Shown here in pieces: positions 53,327-63,254 of a stretch of 64,000 nucleotides of DNA; the stretch's first letter is position 1; each line of letters begins with the position of its first letter. This DNA is from an uncultured cyanobacterium (GTDB lineage: Bacteria; Cyanobacteriota; Cyanobacteriia; Leptolyngbyales; Leptolyngbyaceae). The position numbers and the translations under genes are program-made. Location of the stretch: the NCBI GenBank assembly GCA_963766075.1, contig CAVYAN010000096.1, positions 1-64,000 on the forward strand. The letters run 5' to 3'. The notes beneath the pieces are model-generated. The model was not told the DNA's origin and ran no database searches. It was given only the letters and a program-made list of their open reading frames with translations.

Positions 53327-54901
53327 ATGCCCGTTTTTTCCTTCCCTAGCCCCTGGTCCTCCGGTCACCACCGCCCCTCGACGGCGCTTTCGGCCACCCA
53401 AAGGTGGACCGCTGGACTGCTGACCACTCTGACTAGCGGACTACTCACCACGGGACTGATCGGCTCCCTAAGGACTGACCCCGCCACCGCCCAAATGCCA
53501 CCCTATTGCCAACAACCCCCGGAGGCGATCGCCCAAAAAGAAGCCCTACGCCAAGCCACCGTCCGGGGCGATCGGGGAGCCCAACAGCAGTACAACGCCC
53601 TCCTCAAAACCCAAGGGGAGCGGTTGCGCACCTGCCGCCAGCAAACTTGGACCCAGGATGCCGCCCTGTGGATTCGCCTCTATCCCTGTGATGCCCAGAA
53701 TGGCGTCCTAGACCAAGTCCTCGATCGCATCGTCAATCGGGGCTACAACCGGGTCTACGTCAACGTTTTCTATAATAGCAAGGTCCTACTGCCTGCCAAT
53801 GCCAACCCCACAGCCTGGGCCTCTGCCCTAGCAGGTACCCCGGTCCAAAACACTGATCTGCTCGCCCGAGCGATCCAGAAGGGCCGCGATCGCGGCCTTA
53901 AGGTCTATGCCTGGGTATTCTCCATGAATTTCGGAGCACAGTACTTTTCTCGTCGGGGGAACTTGGAGGCGATCGCCCGCAACGGCCACGGACAAACCAG
54001 CCTTAGCGCCCAAGAAGCCGCCAGCGTCAACTTGGAAGCAGGCTTAAACGGACTCCACGACGAAGCCTTTATCGATCCCTACAATTCCCAAGCCCGCCAA
54101 GACTACAACAAACTCATTCAAGCCGTCATCCAGCGCAAACCTGACGGGGTGCTGTTCGACTACATTCGCTATCAGCGGGGTCGTGGCCCCGCCTCCGTTG
54201 CCCGTCGCGTCGAAGATCTGTGGATTTATGGCAATGCCTCCCAGCAAGCCCTGCTCAACCGCGCCGTCAACAATCAAGGCCGCGAGCTCATCTGGCGCTA
54301 CCTGCGCCAAGGCACCCTCACCACCGCCGATTTGAATGCCGTCAAGCAGTTGTACCCCAACGAGCCCGAGCCCCTGTGGCAAGGACGACGCAACAGCACC
54401 GCCAAGTTGCCTTCCGATCAACAGCTTGCCCTGCTGCAATTTGAGCTTTGGCAACTCGCCGTAGCCCATGCAGGCCAGGGCGTCGTCGATTACCTCACCG
54501 ATATTTCCGCCCCCGTACGGCGGGCAGGCATTGCCACAGGAGCGGTATTTTTCCCTGATGGGAATCAGGTAGTGGGTCCCGGTTATGACTCCCGTCTCCA
54601 ATTTTGGGATCGCTTTCCCACCAGCATGGAATGGCATCCCATGGCCTACGGTGTCTGCGGCAGAACCGACTGCATTACCAGCCAGGTGTTTCGCGTGTTG
54701 CGGTCTGCCGCCCCCGGCGTCCGAGTCGAGCCCGTACTCGCGGGCATCTGGCAACAGTCCATCAGCAACCGTCCCCCCCTAGAACGGCAAATCCAGGATC
54801 TCCAACAGGCGGTACCCGGATTGCGGGCCATGAGCCATTTTGCCTATTCCTGGCAGGAACCCGGGAGCGATCGCGATCGCAAAGCCTGCCGCCCCCAGTA
54901 G
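53327..54901 (+). CDS. Family 10 glycosyl hydrolase-like (GHL10/DUF187) protein
   Basis: RGYNRVYVNVF, RGLKVYAW, PDGVLFDYIRY. Confidence 0.75.
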   Translation: MPVFSFPSPWSSGHHRPSTALSATQRWTAGLLTTLTSGLLTTGLIGSLRTDPATAQMPPYCQQPPEAIAQKEALRQATVRGDRGAQQQYNALLKTQGERLRTCRQQTWTQDAALWIRLYPCDAQNGVLDQVLDRIVNRGYNRVYVNVFYNSKVLLPANANPTAWASALAGTPVQNTDLLARAIQKGRDRGLKVYAWVFSMNFGAQYFSRRGNLEAIARNGHGQTSLSAQEAASVNLEAGLNGLHDEAFIDPYNSQARQDYNKLIQAVIQRKPDGVLFDYIRYQRGRGPASVARRVEDLWIYGNASQQALLNRAVNNQGRELIWRYLRQGTLTTADLNAVKQLYPNEPEPLWQGRRNSTAKLPSDQQLALLQFELWQLAVAHAGQGVVDYLTDISAPVRRAGIATGAVFFPDGNQVVGPGYDSRLQFWDRFPTSMEWHPMAYGVCGRTDCITSQVFRVLRSAAPGVRVEPVLAGIWQQSISNRPPLERQIQDLQQAVPGLRAMSHFAYSWQEPGSDRDRKACRPQ

Positions 54902-54924
54902 CGTAGAAATTTTGAATTTTGAAT

Positions 54925-55500
54925 TCAAAACATCACCCGTCCCAGCCACCCCAACCCCAACCCCAGCCCAGCCGTCATTGCCAATGTCAGAAAAATCTCG
55001 CGGCTGTCCATCTGGTCGCCCAGCCGTTCTCCCATCACCGTACAACCGCTGCTCACGAACATGAAGATAACTCCCGCCAAAAATACAGCGGCGTTCGCCA
55101 CCCAGCTGACGATAGCTACCCAGCCAAAAGCCAAGGCGATGGATCCGGCAATCGGCTGAGATTCTGCCATCGCCCAAGTCATGCCCCAAAACACCACACT
55201 CAGCACCGCTCCCGAGAATGCCTTGGGACCGGCGATCGTCGCCGCCCAGGCCACGGCACCGGTCAATAGCACCGCCCCCAATGCCGAGACCACAAAGGAC
55301 AGTTGCGGACGATTGCCCGAGGCCAAAGCCCCGGCCCAGGACAAGAACACTACCCCCCCGACTACACCCATAAACGCAAGCGGCGGCAGGGTGGGGGTTG
55401 CCATCGCCAATAAAAATCCAAATAAGGCGTACCCCAGGCAATACACCATCAATACCAACCACTTGTTAAACGCAGCATAGTCCGGAGGGGAAGTTAGCAT
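54925..55500 (-). CDS. Hypothetical integral membrane protein
   Basis: Hydrophobic Ala/Gly-rich ORF ending GLGLGLGWL. Confidence 0.6.
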   Translation of the reverse strand: MLTSPPDYAAFNKWLVLMVYCLGYALFGFLLAMATPTLPPLAFMGVVGGVVFLSWAGALASGNRPQLSFVVSALGAVLLTGAVAWAATIAGPKAFSGAVLSVVFWGMTWAMAESQPIAGSIALAFGWVAIVSWVANAAVFLAGVIFMFVSSGCTVMGERLGDQMDSREIFLTLAMTAGLGLGLGWLGRVMF

Positions 55501-55548
55501 AGATCAAGTCTTAATTTCGATAAGGTTCTAATTCACAGGGTTTCGCCA

Positions 55549-56979
55549 ATGTCCGAGGGGTTGATTTTGTTTTGGCATCGCCGCGATCTGCGCCTATCCG
55601 ACAACGTGGGTCTCGCCGCCGCCCGTCAGCGCAGCCAGAAAGTCGTGGGCCTTTTTTGCCTAGACCCCGCCCTCTTGGAACGGGATGACGTGGCTCCGGT
55701 CCGAGTGGCTTATATGATTGAGAGCTTGCAGGAACTTGGGCAAAACTACGCCAAAGCTGGATCCCACTTACTTGTTCTCCAGGGCACACCCGCGGTCCGG
55801 ATTGTTTCCGTGGCAACGGCCCTCCAAGCCACAGCCGTAGCCTGGAATTTAGATGTGGAACCCTATGCTCAAGTGCGCGATCGCACGGTCACCGCCGCCC
55901 TCACTCAGGCGGGTATCCCAGTACATACCCATTGGGATCAACTGCTGCACGGGCCTGACGAGATCCGTTCCGGTGCCGGGACACCCTATACCGTCTACAC
56001 GCCCTTCTGGAAAAATTGGGTCAGCCAGCCCAAGGCGGCCCCGGTGGAGACCTTTGTCCATGCAGTGGGACTGACTGCCACAGAGCAGGAGCAAGCCACG
56101 CAAGCGGGGGCGATCGCCCTGCCCACCGCCCGCGATCTCGGCTATGTCTGGCGGGGGCCTTGGGTACTGCCTCCCGGCGAAGCCGCTGCCCACAAGCAGC
56201 TAGAAGCATTCACTCACCACGCGATTCTGGAATACCAAGACCAACGCAATATTCCCAGTGTCCCCGGCACTTCTGGACTCAGCGCCGCTCTCAAATTTGG
56301 CACCCTGGGCATTCGGACCGTCTGGGCCAAGACTTGCAAACTAGAGCCAGAACTCCGCAGCGACGAAAGCCTTGCCAGTCTCAAAACCTGGCGACAGGAA
56401 TTGGCATGGCGAGAGTTTTATCAGCATGTGATGTACTTATTTCCATCCCTGGCGGAGGGGCCATATCGCCAGCCCTTTCAAAGTTTTCCATGGGGAAATA
56501 ATATCGCCTGGTTCGAGGCCTGGTGTGCGGGCCAAACCGGCTACCCGATTGTGGACGCGGCCATGCGCCAGCTCAACGAAACGGGCTGGATGCACAATCG
56601 GTGCCGCATGATTGTGGCCAGTTTCCTGACCAAAGATTTGATCATTGATTGGCGCTGGGGAGAAAAATACTTTATGCAGAATCTAATTGATGGAGATCTG
56701 TCCGCGAATAATGGTGGCTGGCAGTGGAGTGCATCCAGCGGCATGGATCCAAAACCCCTGCGCATTTTTAACCCGGCCAGCCAAGCCCAAAAGTTCGATG
56801 CTGAGGCCGCCTATATTCGGGAATGGCTGCCGGAAATTCGCAGCTTAGACACGGCGGATTTGGTAACGGGAAAAATTCTACCGTTGGATCGCGATCGCTG
56901 CGGTTATCCCCAGCCCGTCGTCGATCACAGCATCCAGCAGCGCCAATTCAAACTCCTGTACCAACAAGCCAAAGCCTAA
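55549..56979 (+). CDS. phrA: Class I CPD DNA photolyase
   Basis: WHRRDLRLSDN, WREFY, TGYPIVDAAMRQL..TGWMHNRCRM, NNGGWQW, RIFNP. Confidence 0.92.
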   Translation: MSEGLILFWHRRDLRLSDNVGLAAARQRSQKVVGLFCLDPALLERDDVAPVRVAYMIESLQELGQNYAKAGSHLLVLQGTPAVRIVSVATALQATAVAWNLDVEPYAQVRDRTVTAALTQAGIPVHTHWDQLLHGPDEIRSGAGTPYTVYTPFWKNWVSQPKAAPVETFVHAVGLTATEQEQATQAGAIALPTARDLGYVWRGPWVLPPGEAAAHKQLEAFTHHAILEYQDQRNIPSVPGTSGLSAALKFGTLGIRTVWAKTCKLEPELRSDESLASLKTWRQELAWREFYQHVMYLFPSLAEGPYRQPFQSFPWGNNIAWFEAWCAGQTGYPIVDAAMRQLNETGWMHNRCRMIVASFLTKDLIIDWRWGEKYFMQNLIDGDLSANNGGWQWSASSGMDPKPLRIFNPASQAQKFDAEAAYIREWLPEIRSLDTADLVTGKILPLDRDRCGYPQPVVDHSIQQRQFKLLYQQAKA

Positions 56980-57046
56980 GAAAGCGCAGACGAACACAGA
57001 TGCACGCAGATGAGATCAACGCAACATTAGGAATTATGAGGTGATT

Positions 57047-57610
57047 ATGGTTCAAACTCCGATTAAACCCATGACCCTTGACGAGTTTCTGGCCCTACCA
57101 GAAACCAAGCCCTCTAGCGAATTTATCGACGGTCAAATTATTCAAAAGCCCATGCCCCAGGGAAAGCACAGCCGACTGCAAAAAAGGTTGATTTTTGCAA
57201 TTGAAGCCCGGATCAACCCAAACACCACTGCGGAAGCCTTCCCAGAGTTACGGTGCACCTTTGGGGGACGATCAATCGTTCCAGATATCGCAGTATTTCT
57301 TGCGGATCGCATTCCCCGTGATGCTAGCGGCGCGATCGCCAATGTCTTCTCCATCGCCCCAGATTGGACAATCGAAATCCTCTCACCCGGCCAGAATCAA
57401 ACCAAGGTCACCCAAAACATCCTGCACTGCCTTGATCACGGCTGTCAGATGGGCTGGTTGATTGATCCGGCAGAGCAGTTACTGATCGCATTTCCGGCAG
57501 AGACGCGATCGCGCAGTTTTAGTGAACCGGACGACCTTTTACCCCCACCCTCCTGGGCAAAAGAACTGCAATTAACCGCTGGGGAATTGTTTGGTTGGCT
57601 CTCGCAGTAA
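57047..57610 (+). CDS. Uma2-family (DUF820) putative endonuclease
   Basis: LPETKP..EFIDG, VPDIAV, PDWTIEILSP, GWLIDP. Confidence 0.9.
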   Translation: MVQTPIKPMTLDEFLALPETKPSSEFIDGQIIQKPMPQGKHSRLQKRLIFAIEARINPNTTAEAFPELRCTFGGRSIVPDIAVFLADRIPRDASGAIANVFSIAPDWTIEILSPGQNQTKVTQNILHCLDHGCQMGWLIDPAEQLLIAFPAETRSRSFSEPDDLLPPPSWAKELQLTAGELFGWLSQ

Positions 57611-57845
57611 AACGCGCCGTAAAACGCACCGTGGCCGTAGGAACATCCGGAACCTTTTCCCACTTGCCCCAGTCAAGGGATACACGACGACACAACGCAC
57701 AGAACTGTGAATCGGAAGTGACGAATTGCCGCCTTCCGTGAACTGAACTGTTCCGAATAGGACTGCGCCCAGTTCGATAGCTATCACTATTTCTTGCGTC
57801 AGTCCAAGGTATTCACTTCATCACTTTTTCTAGGGTAGTAAACTC

Positions 57846-58538
57846 ATGTTGAAATTGACTGGCAAGTCTGGTTCTGCTTTGTTGTTAGCGTTTGGGATGT
57901 CTTCTACCGCGATCGCGCCCTTTGCTCTGTCCACTCAGGCGATCGCTGCCCCGGTGGCCTCACCGTTAACCGTAGCCCAACTGTTCCCCACCTCACCCAC
58001 CACCCTCCGCCGGGTATCCATTCCTGCGGGGACTCGTTTGCCCGTGCAGTACACCAAAGCTGACAAAGTCGTCGTACTGCCCACCGAAACCGTCGATCTG
58101 AATCTAATTGTCTCCCGCAACATTCGCTCCTCCTCCGGATCTCTACTGATTCCCGCAGGCAGCGAAGTCCGGGGCAGACTCCAGCCCGCAGAAGGCGGTT
58201 CCCAATTTGTCGCCAATCAAATCATCCTGACCGATGGCACCCGGCTGGCCATTGATGCCCAATCCCAAGTGATTGCCACCAATCAAGAAGTCAAGCGCGG
58301 TACCAACACTGGCTCAATTTTAACCGGAGCGGCAGTGGGCGCTGGGGCGGCAGCAGCAATCTCCGGGATCACCGGTAACCGTCGCATCACCCTGGGCAAA
58401 GTTCTCATCGGCGCAGGTGCCGGAGCCCTCGGCGGACTGTTGCTCGGCAATCGCAACAAAGTCGATGTGGTCACCATCAACCCCAACACCGACTTGAACC
58501 TGACCCTGAACTCCTCCTTAACCGTGGCCGCCCGCTAA
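57846..58538 (+). CDS. Conserved cyanobacterial secreted protein with glycine-zipper C-terminus
   Basis: Signal peptide; IPAGT/IPAGS repeats; GAAVGAGAAA...GAGAGALGG. Confidence 0.75.
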   Translation: MLKLTGKSGSALLLAFGMSSTAIAPFALSTQAIAAPVASPLTVAQLFPTSPTTLRRVSIPAGTRLPVQYTKADKVVVLPTETVDLNLIVSRNIRSSSGSLLIPAGSEVRGRLQPAEGGSQFVANQIILTDGTRLAIDAQSQVIATNQEVKRGTNTGSILTGAAVGAGAAAAISGITGNRRITLGKVLIGAGAGALGGLLLGNRNKVDVVTINPNTDLNLTLNSSLTVAAR

Positions 58539-58559
58539 GCCAACGGCACAGCACCACCC

Positions 58560-58608
58560 TAAACCGCGATAGACAGGAACCTCAAAGCTCTTGGTCTATC
58601 GTGGTTTA
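58560..58608 (+). terminator. Hairpin downstream of 57846-58538
   Basis: TAAACCGCGATAGAC ... GTCTATCGTGGTTTA. Confidence 0.55.
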
Positions 58609-58632
58609 ACCCATTTTTAGGGTAACTTGTCC

Positions 58633-58688
58633 TCCGCCAGACCACTAGGCCATCCGCCAGACAGCCAAGCCATCCGCCAGACAGCCAG
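58633..58688. repeat. Tandem repeat with 20-bp period (TCCGCCAGAC core, three copies)
   Basis: Cores at 58633, 58653 and 58673. Confidence 0.75.
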
Positions 58689-58855
58689 GATCAGAGAGCA
58701 CCGCACATCACCAAACAGACCCAGGGCAAACTTTCCCCACAGCGAACAACCGCTGCAAAGGAGTCAACCCGCTACAATAGAATTCTGTATTGAGCCAACT
58801 CTGAATAAAGCCATGGCTCCTAGCGTCCTCTCTCTAACGTCTTTTGCCAAAGCCT

Positions 58856-60346
58856 ATGACCGCCGTTGCCCCTGCTAAAACCCAGTACGAAGCCATCATC
58901 GGCCTAGAAACCCACTGTCAATTAAGCACCGCCACCAAAATTTTCTCCAATAGCTCCACGGTCTTTGGCGCTCTGCCCAACAGCCACATCGATCCCATTT
59001 GCATGGGTATGCCGGGGGTTCTGCCTGTCCTAAATGAAACTGTGCTGGAATACGCCGTCAAGGCGGGTATGGCCCTGAATTGTCAAATTGCGCCCCACAG
59101 TAAGTTCGATCGCAAGCAATACTTTTATCCCGACCTACCCAAAAATTACCAAATCACCCAAAACGACCTGCCCATTGCCGAACACGGCTGGCTGGAAATT
59201 GAACTGGTGGATAAACAAGGAAACGCCACCCGCAAAAAAATCGGCATCACCCGCCTGCACATGGAAGAGGATGCCGGGAAACTGGTCCATGGCGGCAGCG
59301 ATCGCCTCGCTGGCTCCACCTATTCCCTCGTGGATTACAACCGAGCCGGAGTCCCCCTCATTGAAATCGTCTCTGAGCCCGACATTCGCTCCGGCCAGGA
59401 AGCCGCCGAATACGCCCAGGAGCTGCGCCGCATCATGCGCTATCTGGGGGTAAGCGACGGCAACATGCAGGAAGGATCCCTCCGCTGCGACGTCAACATT
59501 TCCGTGCGTCCCGTGGGTCGGGAAAAATTTGGCACCAAAGTGGAGATCAAAAATATGAACTCCTTCAGTGCCATTCAAAAAGCGATCGAGCATGAAATTG
59601 AACGGCAAATTGCAGCGATCGCCGCAGGCGAAACCATCGTTCAAGAAACCCGCCTCTGGGAAGAAGGTTCCCAGCGCACCATCAGCATGCGGGTGAAGGA
59701 AGGCTCCAGCGACTATCGCTACTTCCCCGAACCTGACCTCGGCCCGATTGAAGTCTCCGCCACCCAGCAGGCCAAGTGGCGGGCTGAGCTGCCAGAACTG
59801 CCCCACCAAAAGCGTCATCGCTACGAAACCGATCTGGGTCTGTCGCCCTACGATGCGCGGGTGATGACCGACGACCGGGCGATCGCCGAATACTTCGAGG
59901 CCACCGTCACCGCCGGAGCCCCCGCCAAGCCCGCCGCCAACTGGATTATGGGCGATATTGGGGCCTATTTAAACAACCATGCCGGCACAAGTATTACCGA
60001 TCTCAAACTGACACCCCCTTTACTCGCCGAACTCATTGGCCTAATCGAAGGCGGCACCATCAGCAACAAAATCGGCAAAGACATCCTGCCGGAATTGCTC
60101 GCATCGGGCAGTTCTCCCAACGCCCTCATCGAGAAAAAAGGCTTAATCCAAATCTCCGATCCCACCGTGATTGGGTCCGTGATTGATGAAGTCATTGCCG
60201 CCAGTCCTAACGAACTTGCCCAGTACAAAGCAGGCAAAACCAAAATGCTCGGTTTCTTTGTCGGACAGGTCTTGAAAAAAACCGGCGGCAAAGCCGATCC
60301 CAAGCTGACTAATCAACTCGTCGCCCAAAAGCTTAATTCCCTCTAA
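58856..60346 (+). CDS. gatB: Asp/Glu-tRNA amidotransferase subunit B
   Basis: IGLETHCQL, FDRKQYFYPDLPK, GSLRCDVNIS, DYRYFPEPDL. Confidence 0.97.
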   Translation: MTAVAPAKTQYEAIIGLETHCQLSTATKIFSNSSTVFGALPNSHIDPICMGMPGVLPVLNETVLEYAVKAGMALNCQIAPHSKFDRKQYFYPDLPKNYQITQNDLPIAEHGWLEIELVDKQGNATRKKIGITRLHMEEDAGKLVHGGSDRLAGSTYSLVDYNRAGVPLIEIVSEPDIRSGQEAAEYAQELRRIMRYLGVSDGNMQEGSLRCDVNISVRPVGREKFGTKVEIKNMNSFSAIQKAIEHEIERQIAAIAAGETIVQETRLWEEGSQRTISMRVKEGSSDYRYFPEPDLGPIEVSATQQAKWRAELPELPHQKRHRYETDLGLSPYDARVMTDDRAIAEYFEATVTAGAPAKPAANWIMGDIGAYLNNHAGTSITDLKLTPPLLAELIGLIEGGTISNKIGKDILPELLASGSSPNALIEKKGLIQISDPTVIGSVIDEVIAASPNELAQYKAGKTKMLGFFVGQVLKKTGGKADPKLTNQLVAQKLNSL

Positions 60347-60412
60347 GTAGACGAATAATTGGTATTGATCAAATTACACCTGTCACCATTTGGCAGCAGT
60401 CAAGGAGCGACT

Positions 60413-61324
60413 GTGAAAATTTCTCGACTGGCAGTAGCGTGTTTTAGCGTTCTCCTATCCTTGGGGGTTAGCGGATACTGGTATGTGTTTATCGCCGGAG
60501 CACCCCAGATCGATCCGCCCAAAGCCGCAAAAGACACGGGCTTAACGTTTCAAGTCAAAACCTTCCAGAGCCAGTCAATGGAATCGGTGCGAAACTACGG
60601 ATTGGTTTTGCCGCCGGGATACGATCAGAACCCAAAGGAGCGCTATCCAGTCATTGTTCTCCTTCACGGTGGGCATGGCACTGAACGCGACTATCAAGAT
60701 AAAGCACTCTTAACCTCTGTGCTGCATGATCTGTATCGACAAGAAAAACTGCCGCCCGCAATTGTGATTACGCCCGATGGCAATGACCAACGAGGGAGCA
60801 GTCCATTCTGGGATCCCCAGTACTATAACGGGGTTAATGGTAATGTGGGAACCTTGATTGGCTCCGAATTGGTTCAGATTATCAAGTCGCGCTACCGCAC
60901 CTATGACGATCCACGGTTGTGGGCGATCGGTGGTCTGTCCTCGGGCGGTTGGGGTGCCCTAAATATTGGCTTACGCCATCTCAATCACTTCAATATCATG
61001 TTCAGTCACAGTGGCTATTTCACCAGTAAAAACAGCCCCAATAATAGCCCGCTGAATTTTGTCCAGAACCTGCCCCCATCAGCACAACAAAATCTGCGCA
61101 TATATCTAGATGCGGGTCAACAGGATGAAGAGTTTTTATCGTCAACCCAGGAATTTCACCAACAGTTAAATCAGGTAGGCATTGTCAATCAATTTAATAT
61201 ATTTCCAGGGGGGCATGGCATTGTTGGCGGTGACACAGGTTGGAATTACTGGCACAAGCATTTATCAGATTCACTGGGCTATGTGGGTCAACAGTTTAAG
61301 CAGACCTTGCCTCGGCAAACATGA
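60413..61324 (+). CDS. Membrane-anchored alpha/beta-hydrolase (putative esterase)
   Basis: LPPGY...YPVIVLLHG; GLSSGG nucleophile elbow; PGGH; N-terminal TM helix; AGGAG RBS before GTG60413. Confidence 0.85.
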   Translation: MKISRLAVACFSVLLSLGVSGYWYVFIAGAPQIDPPKAAKDTGLTFQVKTFQSQSMESVRNYGLVLPPGYDQNPKERYPVIVLLHGGHGTERDYQDKALLTSVLHDLYRQEKLPPAIVITPDGNDQRGSSPFWDPQYYNGVNGNVGTLIGSELVQIIKSRYRTYDDPRLWAIGGLSSGGWGALNIGLRHLNHFNIMFSHSGYFTSKNSPNNSPLNFVQNLPPSAQQNLRIYLDAGQQDEEFLSSTQEFHQQLNQVGIVNQFNIFPGGHGIVGGDTGWNYWHKHLSDSLGYVGQQFKQTLPRQT

Positions 61325-61390
61325 TCTTGTCCTGCCCGCTTTACGCCCTAATCCCCCAAACTCATCGCTCCAACTTCCAGTAGGGCACCT

Positions 61391-63079
61391 ATGACGCCGA
61401 TCCGTCGAACCAGAATTGGACTTTGGACCGCCGCTTTATTGACGGCGACAGTCGGCATCGTGAATTTAATCTCCGCTGTAACCCCAAGCCTCCCAGAACG
61501 GATAGAGGTGTTGCGCGAAATTTTTCCCTTCCCTATCCGAGCCAGTGGACATTTATTTTCCGCCCTCAGTGGATTTATTTTGTTGACTCTGGCGGCCTAT
61601 TTATTGCGCCGGAAGCGAATAGCATGGCTCATTACCATTGGCTTGCTAATCATTTCTATCTTGAGCCATTTAATTAAGGGACTGGACTACGAAGAGGGGA
61701 TTCTCTCAGCAGTATTGTTGACTCAGCTCCTGCTGATGCGAAATGTTTTTACAGCGCGCTCCGATCGCCCATCCATTGCCCAAGGGATCCAAGTTTTACT
61801 CGTCGCCTTAATCTTCACCCTAGCCTACGGAACAGCCGGTTTCTACATACTAGACGGACACTTCCGGATCAGCGGGCAGCCGGTTAACTTTGGCTTTTTC
61901 CAGTCGATCCTCCAAACCCTAGCCATGTTCTTTACAGCAGACAATGCTGGACTAGAACCTCGGGGACGGTTTGCGACTTTTTTTGCAAATTCTATCTACA
62001 TGGTGGGGGCTGTCACGCTTGCTGTGGCTCTCTTTATGTTGTTACGTCCCGTGTTTTTGCGCGGCGATCCCGCAACCGGCGCTGAACGCCAGCAGGCGCG
62101 CACTATTATTGACAAATATGGACAAACGTCCCTCGCCCGCCTCTCTCTTTTGAAAGATAAAGCCTACTACTTTAGCCCATCCGGCCAAAGTGTAGTGGCC
62201 TATGTGGCAAAAGGACGGGCAGCGATCGCCCTTGGGGATCCCATTGGGCCTCTAGAAGACCGGCGGGAAACAATCTTCAGCTTTCAACAATTCTGCGATC
62301 GCAATGATTGGTTCCCGGCCTTTTACGAAGTGCCACCGACCCAGTTTGATTTATATAATGCCCTGGGATTTCAATTCCTCCAGGTGGGCGAAGAAGCGAT
62401 CGTCGATCTCACTAATTTTTCTTTGAAAGGAAAATCCAATCAAAACCTCAGAACCGCCCTGAATAAATTCAGTAAAACCGGTTACAGCGTTCAAGTGCAT
62501 GCACCGCCCATTGCGGAAGCGTTATTAACACAACTGAAACCCGTCAGTGATGAATGGCTTAAAACCAAACAAGGTAATGAAAAGCAGTTTTCCATTGGCT
62601 GGTTTGATGCGGATTACCTCCGCGAATGTTTCATTGGTGCGGTGTACAGTCCAGATCAATCCATCGTCGCCTTTATCAGCATGGTGTCTGGCTATCACCA
62701 ACCTGAAGTGACGGTGGATTTAATGCGCCATCGTCACGATTTACCCAATGGCACGATGGAAGGTTTATTTGCCTCCGTTTTTCAACAGCTCCAGCACCAA
62801 GGATGGCAGCGTTTTAATTTCAGCCTTTCTCCCCTCGCCGGAGTGGGAGAAAATCCCGAGTCTCGACAGGTCGAGAAGGCGCTGCGCTATTTGGCGCAAC
62901 ACTTAAATCAGTTCTACAATTTTCAGGGCCTACACCATTTTAAAGAGAAATTCCGCCCTCAATGGGAACCACGCTATCTGGCCCATCCGGGTCGGGCATC
63001 ATTACCCGATGTAGTAGTGGGGTTAGTCCGCGCCGATTCGGGAGATCGCCTGCTAGATTACCTAAAACCCGGAAATTAA
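61391..63079 (+). CDS. Aminoacyl-phosphatidylglycerol synthase (MprF/LysX-like, DUF2156 C-terminus) with short TM domain
   Basis: HLIKGLDYEE; ALGDPIGP; VGEEA; VDLMR...NGTMEGL; YNFQGLHHFKEKF.P.WEPRYL. Confidence 0.88.
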   Translation: MTPIRRTRIGLWTAALLTATVGIVNLISAVTPSLPERIEVLREIFPFPIRASGHLFSALSGFILLTLAAYLLRRKRIAWLITIGLLIISILSHLIKGLDYEEGILSAVLLTQLLLMRNVFTARSDRPSIAQGIQVLLVALIFTLAYGTAGFYILDGHFRISGQPVNFGFFQSILQTLAMFFTADNAGLEPRGRFATFFANSIYMVGAVTLAVALFMLLRPVFLRGDPATGAERQQARTIIDKYGQTSLARLSLLKDKAYYFSPSGQSVVAYVAKGRAAIALGDPIGPLEDRRETIFSFQQFCDRNDWFPAFYEVPPTQFDLYNALGFQFLQVGEEAIVDLTNFSLKGKSNQNLRTALNKFSKTGYSVQVHAPPIAEALLTQLKPVSDEWLKTKQGNEKQFSIGWFDADYLRECFIGAVYSPDQSIVAFISMVSGYHQPEVTVDLMRHRHDLPNGTMEGLFASVFQQLQHQGWQRFNFSLSPLAGVGENPESRQVEKALRYLAQHLNQFYNFQGLHHFKEKFRPQWEPRYLAHPGRASLPDVVVGLVRADSGDRLLDYLKPGN

Positions 63080-63254
63080 TGGAATTACTTCAGTTTTTTG
63101 CAGGCCTATTTCGGCACTACGAGTCTGTGGCGAGTGGTGAGGTCGAATGGTTATTGGGCTGTTTGGAGCATCTCCAGGTCGCGTTTGCGGTGCATTCCGA
63201 TCGCACCGATTTTTCCTGGGTGCATCGCTAGGGCGGGCGCTGCCACTGAGCGCC

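Noticed and set aside
57607..57632. 12-bp tandem GTAAAACGCRCC after the Uma2 gene
   Set aside because: Only two copies, overlapping the stop codon; likely slippage.
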